NCBI RefSeq assembly: GCF_044704955.1
Contig: NC_091979.1
Span: 119,412,001-119,476,000, forward strand
DNA: 64,000 nucleotides
Reading direction: 5' to 3'
From: Pristiophorus japonicus
Taxonomy: Eukaryota
This document shows, piece after piece, positions 24,601 to 38,153 of this stretch (positions are counted from its first letter, which is position 1; the number at the start of each line of letters is the position of its first letter). The notes under the pieces were generated by a model. It was given only the letters and a program-made list of their open reading frames with translations, had not been told where the DNA came from and did not search any database. Made by a program: the position numbers and the translations under genes.

Positions 24601-25383
24601 AAATTAAAGTTCACAAAAGATAAATTAAACCAAACTCTATATTGTGACATTTTATGTAAAATGTACTTGCTAAAATATTACATGTTCTTGTATATAAGCT
24701 TAACGAATCGCGCACTATAAGTTGTAGTATATGATGTAGTATCGTGAATCACTACACTTTCAATCGAGGCCTATGTGGTTCAACACTGAAACTGTAATCC
24801 TGAAACCATCCCAACAACTCGGGACCTCTGCAGCTTTTACGGCTTCTGTTCGAACTCTCGCGTCGAAAACAGTGGACGGTGGGCCCTGTTCATACAGTTC
24901 CTGACTGCATACTTTGGAATATACCTGGGTGTGAATTATTTCGCAATACTTTAGCGCTCCTGTTCTTAAATACTCCGATGATAATCATCAGGCAAAGGAA
25001 CACAAATAACTCGATTGTACAGCGCTGCAAAACGACCCAGTAAACTACTGTAAATATGTTTCTGCCATAGAGTATAAATCAAATATTGTTTCGTATGAAA
25101 AACCAACTGTGTTTGGCGCGGGGCGGCCAAATAACCGGGCGAATCGTATTTTATTGCTTATTAATTCACTTACACAAGTAGTTATGGGAACATCCTTTTT
25201 TATTTCCATAAAAAACAACCAGCAACATATAAGTGTAATCCATGTGTGTGAAATGTTACTGCGAGTAAAGGTGGACTTTTAAAAAAAGTTCTTCATGCCT
25301 GAATTAATGCAGTCGCTTTTTTACATCATTAGCCCTCTCTAATTTGCGCCATTCCGGAATCTAGGAATTATTAATCACCTAGT

Positions 25384-25480
25384 AATCAAAACCGGAAAAG
25401 ACAAATGCTTTTTTTCAAATGTTACATTTATTGCAATCGCAGTTTTCCTGCATTTCCAGACAGATCGAACTGGTTCGATT
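25384..25480 (+). pseudogene. Degenerate Antp-class homeobox remnant at the HoxD6 position
   Basis: Codon-level resemblance to [22 protein letters not shown]...[11 protein letters not shown] with indels and CpG-type changes, e.g. TTC AAA TGT TAC (F N R Y) and TGC ATT TCC AGA CAG ATC GAA C TGG TTC (C L T - R Q I K - W F). By-eye alignment only. Confidence 0.55.
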
Positions 25481-26808
25481 TGTTTAAAGTAGACTCATGC
25501 ACCACGAAACTATCCCTGCACAGAAAGACACCGGGCAAGGGTGTAGTCCCTCGAATCTGCATCATTCGTTTTTGGAAAGTTGTGTATACTTGACGAAGAC
25601 TATCTTTCGGTACTGGTTAATTTTTAATGACCCCAGCTTGTATATTAGAGTGTACATAAGACCACAGAGGCTTATGAAAATACCACCACCCACCACTGTG
25701 TAAAAATGTAGATTGTACGAGGGAAAACTGCAATAAAGGTCACAGAATTGCACAATGAAAATAAAAATAAGTGTACTTATTTTTCTGCTTAGCTTTTCGG
25801 TATGTTGTTCTGTCGAGACTGGTATCGGCTTCGACTTAACTAGTCACAAAGTAACATATAGCATTAATCCTTTCTTTCTTAAACTAGTGCCTGATAACAA
25901 CAGAAAACAAATACTTTATGTAGAATCCTGACTTGGGTGAGCAAGGACACCAAAGGACGGACCACGTATTTGCAAATAATCGCCAATGGGAAACTTTGTA
26001 AACCCGGGTTTTATGCACATTCTGTAAATATATATAACTAATTCGCGGGGTTCTATGAAAACAATACATTCCAATCACTAGCGACATGGACAGTGTGTGT
26101 AAGTGGGGAGAGCTACCTGGGAATCGAACGGTTAAGTTTTTCGAACAAAATAATTTCCACGCGATGTTTCCCACAAGAAAAATAATCTAAAAATCCCAAA
26201 CGGCTTGAGTAAAAATCGGAATCGGATTTTTTCAGTAGTAATAATCACTGCGAATATTTATGATTTATTTCCATCAAGCAGTTCGCCACGAATCAAATTA
26301 TTTATTTACAGTCAGCATCAAACAAAGGGGTCAAGTACACAGTTAATACGAAAGAAAGGTGTTCTAATTCAACTGAATGAGAAAAAAGAGGTGCTAGTTG
26401 TGTTACACAATATGTTGACTTAATGTGCCACAATTTTCCATAATAAAAGCGTCACATGAAATGTAAAGGCTCTATGCAGTTGTATAGAACATGTCAACAT
26501 ACGACAATTTTGCTAAGCACTTTACACCTGTACTGTACACGAACGCAATAACTAATAAAATCACTAAACAGGATTTTTGTCTTTACAGAAACGTTTTGCG
26601 TATGTACTCCTATACATGTCGACAGATACATAATGCCTAATTTCGGACAACTGAAAGCAGCTTTCATAACTAACAATTATGTTAACTTAAAGCTTGAAAC
26701 ATTTTAAAAAATGAACCCATTCCGAAGAAATCGTAGTAAACCGTGCATATGTCAAAGCCTCTTTCGATTTTGCTTTGTTGATTATGGGCCTGGTTTACTC
26801 CATGTTTT

Positions 26809-26925
26809 ACAGCAGGAGGCGCTGTAGGACAAGGCTCTCTGAATCACAGCAAGTATTCTCACTGCATGAATTACCCTTAGGGTCAGGCACAAGAATTTAC
26901 GACTGGTCAACAAACGCACGTGATC
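26809..26925 (+). promoter_or_regulatory. HoxD5 promoter with candidate CTCF site
   Basis: ACAGCAGGAGGCGCTG (26809-26824) fits the CTCF core, followed by TTTACGA and ACTGG-N10-CACGTG (26896-26922). Confidence 0.6.
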
Positions 26926-27067
26926 TAAACTTGTGTCCCATATTTGGTTGCATACGTAGGAGGCAGAGAAATGACATGTGCCTTTTATTTCCATATTTCA
27001 TTATATATCGCGCGGTCTAGTGGCGAATAAACGTCTAAGAACCACAAATCAAACCCCTAAAAGGCAG

Positions 27068-28207
<1,140 letters not shown>

Positions 28208-29789
28208 CTGGTTTCATCTAACTGGCTCTAATATTACTATCCAGATGATCTTTTAAGTTGCAATAGGAAAGGTTGCTTGGCCACATTAAATGCTTCTGTA
28301 TGAGACACGTTAATACGTTGTTCTCGTGTGGGTTCAACGTCTAGTCATCAATGTATAAAGAAAAGTGTACAATTTATCAGTTGTCATCAACAGATGTTAA
28401 AATCATGTTTTTATATATTGATGATAAAATCCATGCCTACATTTAAATCATAAGAGAAAAAAAAAGAGGTCAGCCGACGTAATGTAGCCAAGCAAGCCAT
28501 TTGTCTCTGAGGACAGAATGAAGTTGTGCTGTATATCTGGTCGCTGAACAAACAAACAAATCCTATACCGGATTATAGCTTCGCTAAGACTCTAATTTAA
28601 TAAGATTTTATAAACTTAGATAAATATTGTTTCTTTTATCTCTTTTTACAACAAAGGTGATTGTTTTGTTTGATTATTGCTTGGAATGTTTATGGCACGA
28701 GTGTTGCTGTGGTCCCAGGTATATCTTGTCATGTATATTCTGTATATATATATAATGTTTAAATGTCTGCCTTTGTCCTATGTAAATGAAAGAAGTGGTG
28801 TTTTTTTGTCTACAACATTGAAATAAACCCAGTTTTAGCAATAAAGATTTCACCTGGTGTTTTTAGCTCTAATGGGTGTATACAGGCATTTACAATTGGT
28901 TACTTGTGAAAGAACCAAATGCCGTCTCACTTTCGCACTTTCCTTCTATTCGTTTGACACCAGAGTTCTCCGAATACTGGGCCCAATGTTTCAGAACTCA
29001 TAAAAGTTATTTAGATTGAAACCTCTTTGAACGCTTTCTGAATTAAAAATACTTTTATTATTTTTGGCAAGAACTGTTGGCGGAACTGATACTTATTCCA
29101 ATAACTTAAAAAAAGAACATGCGTCATTCTTCGGAAACCTCAGCACCTATACAACAGACACGGTCATATTCAAAATGCAATTTGATCAACTGTTGTCTAA
29201 TTGAAGGATAATACGAATTTATGTTTTTTTTAAATTAATGGCTATTATCATTATAAATATTCGGAAACATTTATGAATCCATTAGTAGGCCTTGATTGGA
29301 AGAACGATGGAGCTTAGGAACAACTTCGTATTAGTTTCCATTGCATGGAATAATTTAGCAGGAATAACTGCACTGTTATTTGTTTAATGTTTTGTACCCG
29401 GCATTTATGACTAAAGTAGCAGGAAATAATAGACTGTTGAAGCGACAGAAACAGGAAAACAAAGTCATAGGAAGCTGTAACTATTAAAAGGAATCCTTAT
29501 TTGCATTCTCAATCGACCCATTTCTATTTCACTGTAGCTCACAAGCTATCAGTAACGTATACATGTAGTGTATTTACACTTACCAAATCTAATAGATCCC
29601 CGTAGTTGCTTAAAAAATGCCCAGACTGCGTTTTAAAGGGTAGCTTATTCTCCACTCTGCGTCCTCTGCGCACTCAGTTGTTTAGCTTTATATTACTGAG
29701 AGAACATTTCGATGAACATGGCTGTCTTTAGTGAATAAAAGTTTTAAAGTTTAAGGGTTATTTATATGGACGCCACAGAGCCAGTTCCT

Positions 29790-30030
29790 GACTGGCTGTA
29801 GAGGGGCACGTGATGCCATTAAACTTTGTTTTATGGTTAGGGGAGTTGACAAGCCAAAATATAATTCACATCATATATTAGGTTAAGAGCAGACAAGTGC
29901 AGATGGTTAGTGTTTTCGAGAGGGTCCGTGGAAAGTGACACCGAGAAGCAAGCTGTCCTATTCCACCGCTATGGATTGGCAGTGTCCCAGTGACTTCTAC
30001 CTTTGCGCTGGAAAAGCAGCAAGTAAGTTC
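29790..30030 (+). promoter_or_regulatory. Conserved Hox5-Hox4 intergenic element / distal promoter with splice donor
   Basis: CACGTGAT...TAAACTTTGTTTTATGG...GAGTTGACAAGCCAAAATATAATTC, a block recalled from this interval in several Hox clusters. Donor CAA|GTAAGT at 30022/30023. Confidence 0.55.
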
Positions 30031-33000
30031 TTTCTAATCGGTAACAGGGCTGGTGAACGCGTGACACCTGATGTCATTCGGGGCTCTTGGGCGCATGTAC
30101 TGTTTCTTGGCCAGGCAAAAAAAATTAAAGTACAACGTAAGTTCAATTTCAACAACTAGCTGTTATGATGAATATAAAATAATGTCCAGTTATGAAAATA
30201 ACATTGCAGTATTCTAAACTAATTATATTTTAAGTATGTTACTAAATTTGTAACTACAATTACAAATGCTTAATCATGAAGAACGTTGTGCGTCATAATT
30301 GTGTTTAACTGTTAAATTAAAGAAAATTGAGAAAGAAAGTGTATATTTTTCTGATATTTTAAGCAACTGTAAGTAGGGTTCTTTACAAAAACAAATAGCT
30401 CTCATGCTGCTTAATCATGTGCATTAGAAATATTATTGTATTAAGCCAGCCTGAAAAATATAAACTACACAGTCCTTCCTAATATGTAACACTTTTATAC
30501 GTTGAAAGTTGATTAAAAAAAACGGAATTCGGTGAAGCAAAGCTGTGCACAGAATACAAATTGCTTCTGTATAATCTGCGAGACTGGCTGATAAAATAGC
30601 TGGGAGATTATGAAATAGTTTAAGAAACGATTCTGCACGTTTATAGATTAATAAAATATTCTGCATATCCTTTGTTGAACCTCCTCCATATTAATTTGCT
30701 GAGTCTAACATTTGAAATAATCTGTTCGGTTATAGATGTCACGGTTCTGTTCAGCGTCCCGAGGGTTTTCTAATCGATCACATTCGTAACAATTTGGACT
30801 AGAATTATAGAACAATGACTAACAAGGTGCTGCTTAATGTATAAAATGGCGAGCTTTCATTTTCTCCTAATATCTGCTGAAAGAAAACACCTAAATGTTA
30901 AAGGTGCAGTAAGAACATTCACTGCAACTGGCGAGGTCTAGTTTGGAATTCTCACTGAACTACTTTTGCCTCTCGCAGATAGTGATGCAATACGAAATAA
31001 ACCAGCCGTATTTATTGTTTCTGTTACACACTGACTTTACCTATGTCCTGCACAAATGTTACATGAAACGTAAAATGATATGGAAAGGTTTAAAGAGAGA
31101 GGAGACTGTGCAATTATAAATAGTGTAAGACAGGATCCAAAGTCCCCATATTCATAGCAGTAAAGATTGAATAAATATCAAACACGACACGGGACAGGCT
31201 GACCCTAAAAAGCTGAGATGAAAATAAGAGCTATACACCTTAAAATAATCAGAGTTTGTTTAAAAAGAAAGACATCTGGCGCATTATGACCTTTTTAACC
31301 AACTTCAGTTTAATGGAGTTAAAACTATATTCTTAATAAGAGGAACATTTAAAGATTTGGAAATTCTTCGAAGTTAACGAGGTAGAGCATCACCGTGAAT
31401 GCAAGCTTTATCTGCTATAAATGTTCAATAAAATCTGCAATTGACAGGAATAACAAACAGAGCACCTAGAAAAAAATGTGCCAACTTGTACGAGAAAATG
31501 TTTGGGAGTGGATTACGGCCGACAGAAGACTTTTTTTTAAATTAATGTCGCTTATCATTACAAATCGACATTTTATTCATATATAATTATTTTTAAAGTT
31601 CAATCAATGGTCGGTCACATTAACTCATGAAAGAAGATTAAAATGTACATTGTCAGACAATGTTAACGGCTAGGACAATCTAAGACCAGTGTTGAAATAA
31701 CAGTTTACATAGAATATATTATTACATGGGGTTTCCTATTCTTAAACAACGTAAAGAGAAACTGGTAGTGACATCTCAATTAGTAGGGCAAAAATAAACT
31801 TCGCCTTATATAAACGATCGGATGTTAGCTTAAAATGCTGCACTATAACAATACAGAGCCGCAGTTCTAATGGTAGCATAAGTAATGTTGTAGATTACAG
31901 TGAAAATCTTTGACTTTGAAAATAAAATGATGATGACCGAGTACCTGAACTCTTAAAGATGGAGTTAACAATATTTCAGTGACTTTAATATTAGATTGGA
32001 TCAGACAGTGCACATGTGCGTATATTTTGTATTGAATGCTATCTTTATTCTGTGATTCACTTAGTCTAAACTGTTGAATATAACTTTGTGTTTTATTTTA
32101 TTGCAGATTTGGCAGAATGGAGGAGGCGCTTCAGTAAGTAGCTATATGTTTTTTCTTAATAATATGGTCAATAGTTAGAATCAGTTGGTTGTTTCGAATA
32201 TGGTTTTATATGGATATTGAGATTGTCACATTGTGGGTCGAAAGAAAGCAGTAGCTTGATTCTGAAACGATTCAAGTAGTAATTGTTGTGTGCAGCATGC
32301 GTTCTTTGTGATACTCTGTTTAAATTGTATAATGATGTGGGAGAAATTATATTGTTACATTCAATTTCCCTGAAAGGAATACGATCCTTATAGGTGCAGA
32401 GTAAAATAAGTTAAAATATAATTGTACTTAACTCTAATTAACTGTGACAGTGGAGATCCAGGGTCAGATAGCTGGCTTGTTATTTTGAACTGGCAATGCA
32501 CAACACAGCGCCTCCCAGTGCAAGGCTGTATCTCTAAAAGGTCATTTGGAGGAACGTTATTGTTCCGGTTTCAACAACATCTGTAAAAACGCTTTGGCGA
32601 ATGACGTGGCAATAATTATAGTAGATATTTAAAGTGTACTCTTAATGAGTCAACAGAGACGTGTAGGATAAAGCAAATGTTAAAGCTCTGCAGATATTAC
32701 CGCTACTGTAAACACCTAGGCCAAAAATTAAGCCTTGTGGCTGCAGACCATCAAATGAACTATTCGTTTAACTAAAGCACAGTATTTCTTTTCTTGTATT
32801 ATCTGTTGGCTAAGCTTGCCTTTTATGATTTCATAGTGATTTTTGTAAAGGTTGGCCAGGTCGCTTGTGGAATAATTATTAATTAAAAGCACATATTACT
32901 TATTGTAAAATGTCATTACTTTTTAAATGGGAGCATTTTTCAGCAGTTTCTTGTCGTTTGTTAACTATCAAAGATACAGTAAATGAAATGCTTTGTTGGT

Positions 33001-33898
33001 TTGTTCACGAGGATAATTTGACATTATTATTTTTTAATTGTTCATTTAAGGGAAAGCTAGCAATATCAAAGTAACCAAAACCGAGAATGCCACACGTCAA
33101 ATTAGAAAGGTTCAACCCTTACCATTTCAAAGGGACTGTAAAACATCGAGTTAGAGTACTATTTGGCTATCACACGCCAATAATACAAGTGTTCAGATTC
33201 TGTCTTCTCTACGAGAGACTGTACATTTCTTTTCACCTTAGGTCTACGATTGCTCCTTCACTTCAGATAATTATAATCACTGCCAGGTTTTCAAATGCAA
33301 ACATTTACAGGTACTGGTCTATCTTTATACACAATATCCGACACTATTGCCCTCCAAGTAACAGCATACTATGCCACGAGATAAATGTCAAATAAGAACT
33401 CACTTTAAATAGATCCAGATAATGTTTATCCGGTATTCGCAAAGCAATGGACCAGCGCCATGAATCCTTCGTTTCAGCACTAAGTTTTACAATGTGAATC
33501 TTTAGGCGTTGATAAATAATCAAGGGCAATTGCTACTGAAAAGCAAAACAGTCTTGCTAATGCTGAGCGGACTTCTGCAAGAAAATGGCTTTCTGGGTCA
33601 CTAGAAAGGTGAACTTTACAAAAATTCAATTTTGTTTTTTAAAATCGTTGTATTTATACGTAGGAAAGCTCTTAGCAGACTGATGACAATAATAGCTTTC
33701 ATTGAACCACTGAATCTATGAATAAATATAGGGTTCACTTCCCAAACACTTACTTTGCATTGACATTCTCTAGGTCAAAATCTGCTAGATCAAAAGTCGC
33801 AGCACTTGTGTGGGCAGTTAAAAAAAGAGGTGAATTTTAATCGGGTATGTTCATCAATAACTCTTTGGCATTGACCTGTCTGAACGAGTCGAGCAGTA

Positions 33899-33915
33899 AG
33901 GTGAAATGCAGGTCA
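33899..33915 (+). promoter_or_regulatory. DR5 retinoic acid response element 5' of HoxD4
   Basis: AGGTGA-aatgc-AGGTCA, the known Hoxd4 5' RARE sequence and position. Confidence 0.85.
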
Positions 33916-35545
33916 CAGCGTCTAACAAATATTAAAATGTGTAGCACCAATCAACTTCACAATGTGCGATAATTTGAACTGTAAAGAGATTTGGCTTTCG
34001 AATTATCGGATGATGTAACGATATCTGTTATTTTCTTTGCAAAAAGGCTTTTAAAAGCAGAATTCACTGCTGGTGCTTTCGTTGGCGCCATTGGTTGTCG
34101 AAAACAGTTTAGCTCTTTTCTTTCCTAATGCACTGGGGTAAACGAAAAAAAATCACAGGTAAATAAGATCAAACTTTTAGCGACGTTATGGATGTTTCAA
34201 CAAGGTAAAATAATCAAAACATCAACTTACTGAGATATTAAATATGAGTTTGAACATTAGTGGAGGATTAGTTTGGTTGCTCTGCAATAAAACGTAGATA
34301 AACCGAAACCTTTGTCTGTTGTACTCGACAGAAACAGCAGAGAAATTATCAAGTGAAGATACCGTTTACTGTCAAAAAGTCCAGCTTCAGTGTTACATTG
34401 TTAATCAATGCATCTTAAAACATTTAAGTGTAATCTTTGTATTGTCGAACAAACTTACTCATTTTCGTTGGCGTACGTTTATAATTGTTCTCAGCCTGCC
34501 TCTCGTGTGTCATTTTTTTTAGATAAGGATAGAATTACTGTAAGCTTAGTTGAGCAGTTAGTTCGGCAAGATTCACACACTTAGCAAAGGTCCAGCGTGT
34601 GGCGGTCGCTTAAGTGAAAATAATAATGCAACTTTCCGATGTGTTTGTAAATGATTTCAGTCTGACCCCGTGCCCTTCAGCCTTTAACACACGACGCGGT
34701 GGCACTGCAGGGACAGTGGGGACAGCAAAGTAAGGAACATGCAATGCACTAGAGTTTAGAAACTACCTTAGATATGTTCCAGGCAAAGGAAATCCAGATT
34801 AGCTGGCAGATTAAATTATACATTTTCCCCCTGCATATGACGATCCATTTGACTGGTGATATAATGAGATTTTGAAGTATACTGCCGACAGAATTATTTG
34901 ATCCAGTTCTTAGGAAATGGGAGAGATTAGAATAGAACAAACAATCGTTATTTTCCTGGGCTGCTCTCAATTTATGAAAGTAACAATAAGTGGGAAACGC
35001 TTTGGAATAAACCAATATTTGTGTTATCATGTATAAATTGTATTTGATTAGAGATAGGAATTGTTTAGGCCGGGTGATATGTGTTAGCAAATCCTGCGGT
35101 TTGTTAGTGGTGAGTTCAAATTATTAGCATCTGGAGCAATTATTGATTCACGCTGGGGCACTTAGGAATGTTAGCTGGAGCGGATCGGTACAAACTGTTT
35201 CCTATAAAATCTCTGTGAAATACGAAGGGTTCATAAACACAGTAACAAATAGTAACTTCTGCCTTGTAGAGATTGCACAAACAAGCTCTGCACGCTGATT
35301 CATGTTGCTCCCACTGCCGAACAATGCAAATATAAATGTTTGCTACCACCTACCAGATATAAAGAAATGACTTATATTATTATTCAATGGCTAAACAATT
35401 ACATTATTTAGCAAACGCTTTGCCTGGATTTTATTTTCTTATTTATTAACATTACACGCCATTAACTCCTTGGGGCTAGCTTGGAACTGCAGCTTTTTAA
35501 ACTACTTTTCCATTTTGTAATTAGTCGCCGAATTTGTTTGTAACC

Positions 35546-35627
35546 CGTCGTCTATATATACCCTGTAGAACCGAATTTGTGTGATGATTCGGTCACAGAT
35601 TCGTTTCTAGGGGAGTATATGGTCGAT
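35546..35627 (+). ncRNA. MIR10B: miR-10 precursor (miR-10b type)
   Basis: Mature TACCCTGTAGAACCGAATTTGTG at 35559-35581 and complementary 3p arm ACAGATTCGTTTCTAGGGGAGT at 35595-35616. Canonical position ~1.4 kb upstream of Hox4. Confidence 0.96.
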
Positions 35628-36883
35628 GCCAACACTACGAAAATCAGCAATTTGCTCTTCGTGGCTTTTACTGCTTAGACTGATTTAGTTCTAAGTAATA
35701 CTCAATGATTTGCTTAGGAATGGCCTGTTTTATTTTAATTTCAGTCTTCAATATTGAGTAGAAGACTTTTAAATCTCGCCGCTCAGAATTGAATGGCTTG
35801 TTTCAGCTATCCTTTGCAATCTAAATATGATGCTTAACGTGTTGATTTACTGATCAGTAGTCAGAAGGTAGTCGTTTCGAAACTTCTGGATTTAATCTCC
35901 GGAAATATAAGATTACTGAAACTTAAGTATTTCTTTCTGAATGCTGCCTGTTTCCATGGCGATGGCGATAAATTATCTACAAAGATTGGCTTACGGTTTT
36001 GTACCGCGTTTGACCAACTTACGATGCTTCTGAATTAATCGAACTAGATAGCGTCTTTGTTCAAAAATTACAAACCGAATTTTACATATTACAATAAAAG
36101 AGTTAGAAATGCGTTATTGCGTTAGTTCAAAGAAATTATAGGTGGTAAGATGTGAGAAGAGGAAAACGAATTGTGAAGAGATTGGAGCATGAAGGTTTCC
36201 TAAGGAGAGGCAAGGCCAACAGATATAAAACTTATATTCTACTCTTCCAAATTATTGAACTTTCAGAGTAAAGTATTTTATGACCTTACAATGTCCTTAA
36301 GCAACACGTGTAAAGTGCTCTATGTGACCCTGAATGCCTTGTTTTGACTTTATCGGGCGTAGACCATGTTTGCCTTGGAATAACTTTGTCCAAAAGACCT
36401 TCCTGCATATGTAATGGCTGTAATTATTTTCCTCAGCTCCGTTATTCCTTTTTTTGGCTAACGGGATGCTTCCTTTGTCACCCTGCGTACGTTGGATTGC
36501 CGGCCGTTTCTCCAAGTACCCTCGCTATTGTCAGACTGCTCTCGGGCGAAAACAACAACACAAACATACAAACACGCCGAATGCCTTCTCTGTTCTTGAT
36601 TTATGTGAAAAGCGGCAAGGAATGGTCGAAAATTCTCTTTGGACAAAAGAGCAAATTACCTGAGCAATATTCGAGCGCTCAGTGAGTGATCTTTATTTTC
36701 TCCAAATGGAACCCGCTATTATATGTATTTTCCGGAAACTAATTCAAATATTTAGTGACTGCTGGAAAAAATTAAAGACGTTGCAGTTTTTATTTTATTT
36801 TTTAAATCAAGGTTTTTTGGACGAAGTTTGTATAAAATTGTCATTAGCTGTTTCCTTATCCGGGAATTGGGCCCGACCTCGCC

Positions 36884-37004
36884 ATTGGCTCGTACAGTCA
36901 CATGGGTGACTAACTTTATTCAGTTGACAGCAAGTAGGAGGGCTTTATGGAACGGGAAAAAAGACAACTCGAGAAAAATTAGTATTTTCCACCCTCAGAA
37001 ATTA
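36884..37004 (+). promoter_or_regulatory. HoxD4 proximal promoter and conserved 5' UTR
   Basis: ATTGG-N10-CACATG followed by the Hox4-typical TAACTTTATTCAGTTGACAGCAAGTAGGAGGGCTTTATGG and GAAAAATTAGTATTTT...CAGAAATTAATG. Confidence 0.7.
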
Positions 37005-38153
37005 ATGACCATGAGTTCGTATTTGATGAACTCTAAATATGTGGATCCCAAATTTCCTCCTTGCGAGGAATACTCGCAAAATAACTACATACCTGACCAC
37101 TGCTCAGAGTATTACAGCCAGTCGCAGGACTCTGATTTTCAGCACCAAGGAATCTATCCACGGTCAAACTACAGCAGCCAGTCGTACAGCTGCAGCAACG
37201 CTCGGGGCTCTCCAGTGCAGCAGAGGGGTCATGTGCAGGCACAGCCCGCTCCTCAGAACCACCTCACAGGGCAGGGGGAGCCCGTTGCACCGCTCCAAGT
37301 GTCCATAGCTCGGCCTTGCAGCCAGCAGCAAAATAATGCAAAGAACCAAAACGGCACAGCAACCAAACAACCAGCAGTGGTTTATCCTTGGATGAAGAAA
37401 ATCCACGTTAACACGGGTAAGGTCCACTTTTTGGTCCCCCCCCCCCCCCCCCCCCCCGCTGCATCGCCACCCCTGGCAAATATTTGTGACCCATGGTATC
37501 GGTCTACCGTAAATAACTCCTTCAAAGGAGGATTTATGAGCGGATTTTAAAAAGACCGGCAATTACACCCATCATAAATTTTTATTGCTGAGGAAATAGG
37601 CCGCTGGCCATGTGGCTGACTCCATGTGAAAACTCGAGCCTGAGAGTAACAGGGACATGTTATATCTCCGATTCGGAAAGAACTTTAAAGTGGTCCGTAG
37701 TAATAATATATATTTGAACTTCTTACCAGGGGTACTGTTACAGTGCAGTGTGCGTACAGACGTTGCTTTTAGGACTGCATGGTGGAAGCGGCTGACAAAC
37801 TTTAGGTTCAGATTTGAATGGTTTTTGAATTGTTTTGTTTTACAGTGAATCCTAATTACACTGGAGGGGAACCAAAACGTTCACGAACTGCCTATACAAG
37901 GCAGCAGGTTTTAGAACTGGAAAAGGAATTCCATTTTAACAGGTATCTGACAAGACGACGTCGTATTGAAATAGCCCACACTTTATGTCTTTCCGAACGC
38001 CAGATCAAAATTTGGTTTCAGAACAGAAGAATGAAGTGGAAAAAAGATCACAAACTGCCTAACACTAAGACCAGATCGTCTAGTTCTTCTGCTTCCAATC
38101 AACAGTCACAAACTGTTTCCAAGGACCAACAAACAGACCTCACAAGTTTATAG
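37005..38153 (+). CDS. HOXD4: Homeobox protein HoxD4 (exon 1 37005-37416, exon 2 37846-38153; 239 aa)
   Basis: [23 protein letters not shown] start and VVYPWMKK hexapeptide. Intron ACGG|gtaagg ... ttacag|TGAAT. Homeodomain [66 protein letters not shown]. Confidence 0.97.
37436..37457. repeat. Poly-C run (22 nt) at the start of the HoxD4 intron
   Basis: Direct count of consecutive C; a similar C run occurs near 53619-53639. Confidence 0.9.
37530..37590. promoter_or_regulatory. HB1-like homeodomain-binding element in the HoxD4 intron
   Basis: GATTTATGA...GGCAATTACACCCATCATAAATTTTTATTG, clustered homeodomain/Cdx sites typical of Hox4 introns. Confidence 0.65.

Noticed and set aside
24380-24900. 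HoxD6 exon-1 remnant (MSSYF start or YPWM hexapeptide)
   Set aside because: No convincing match could be read in any frame.
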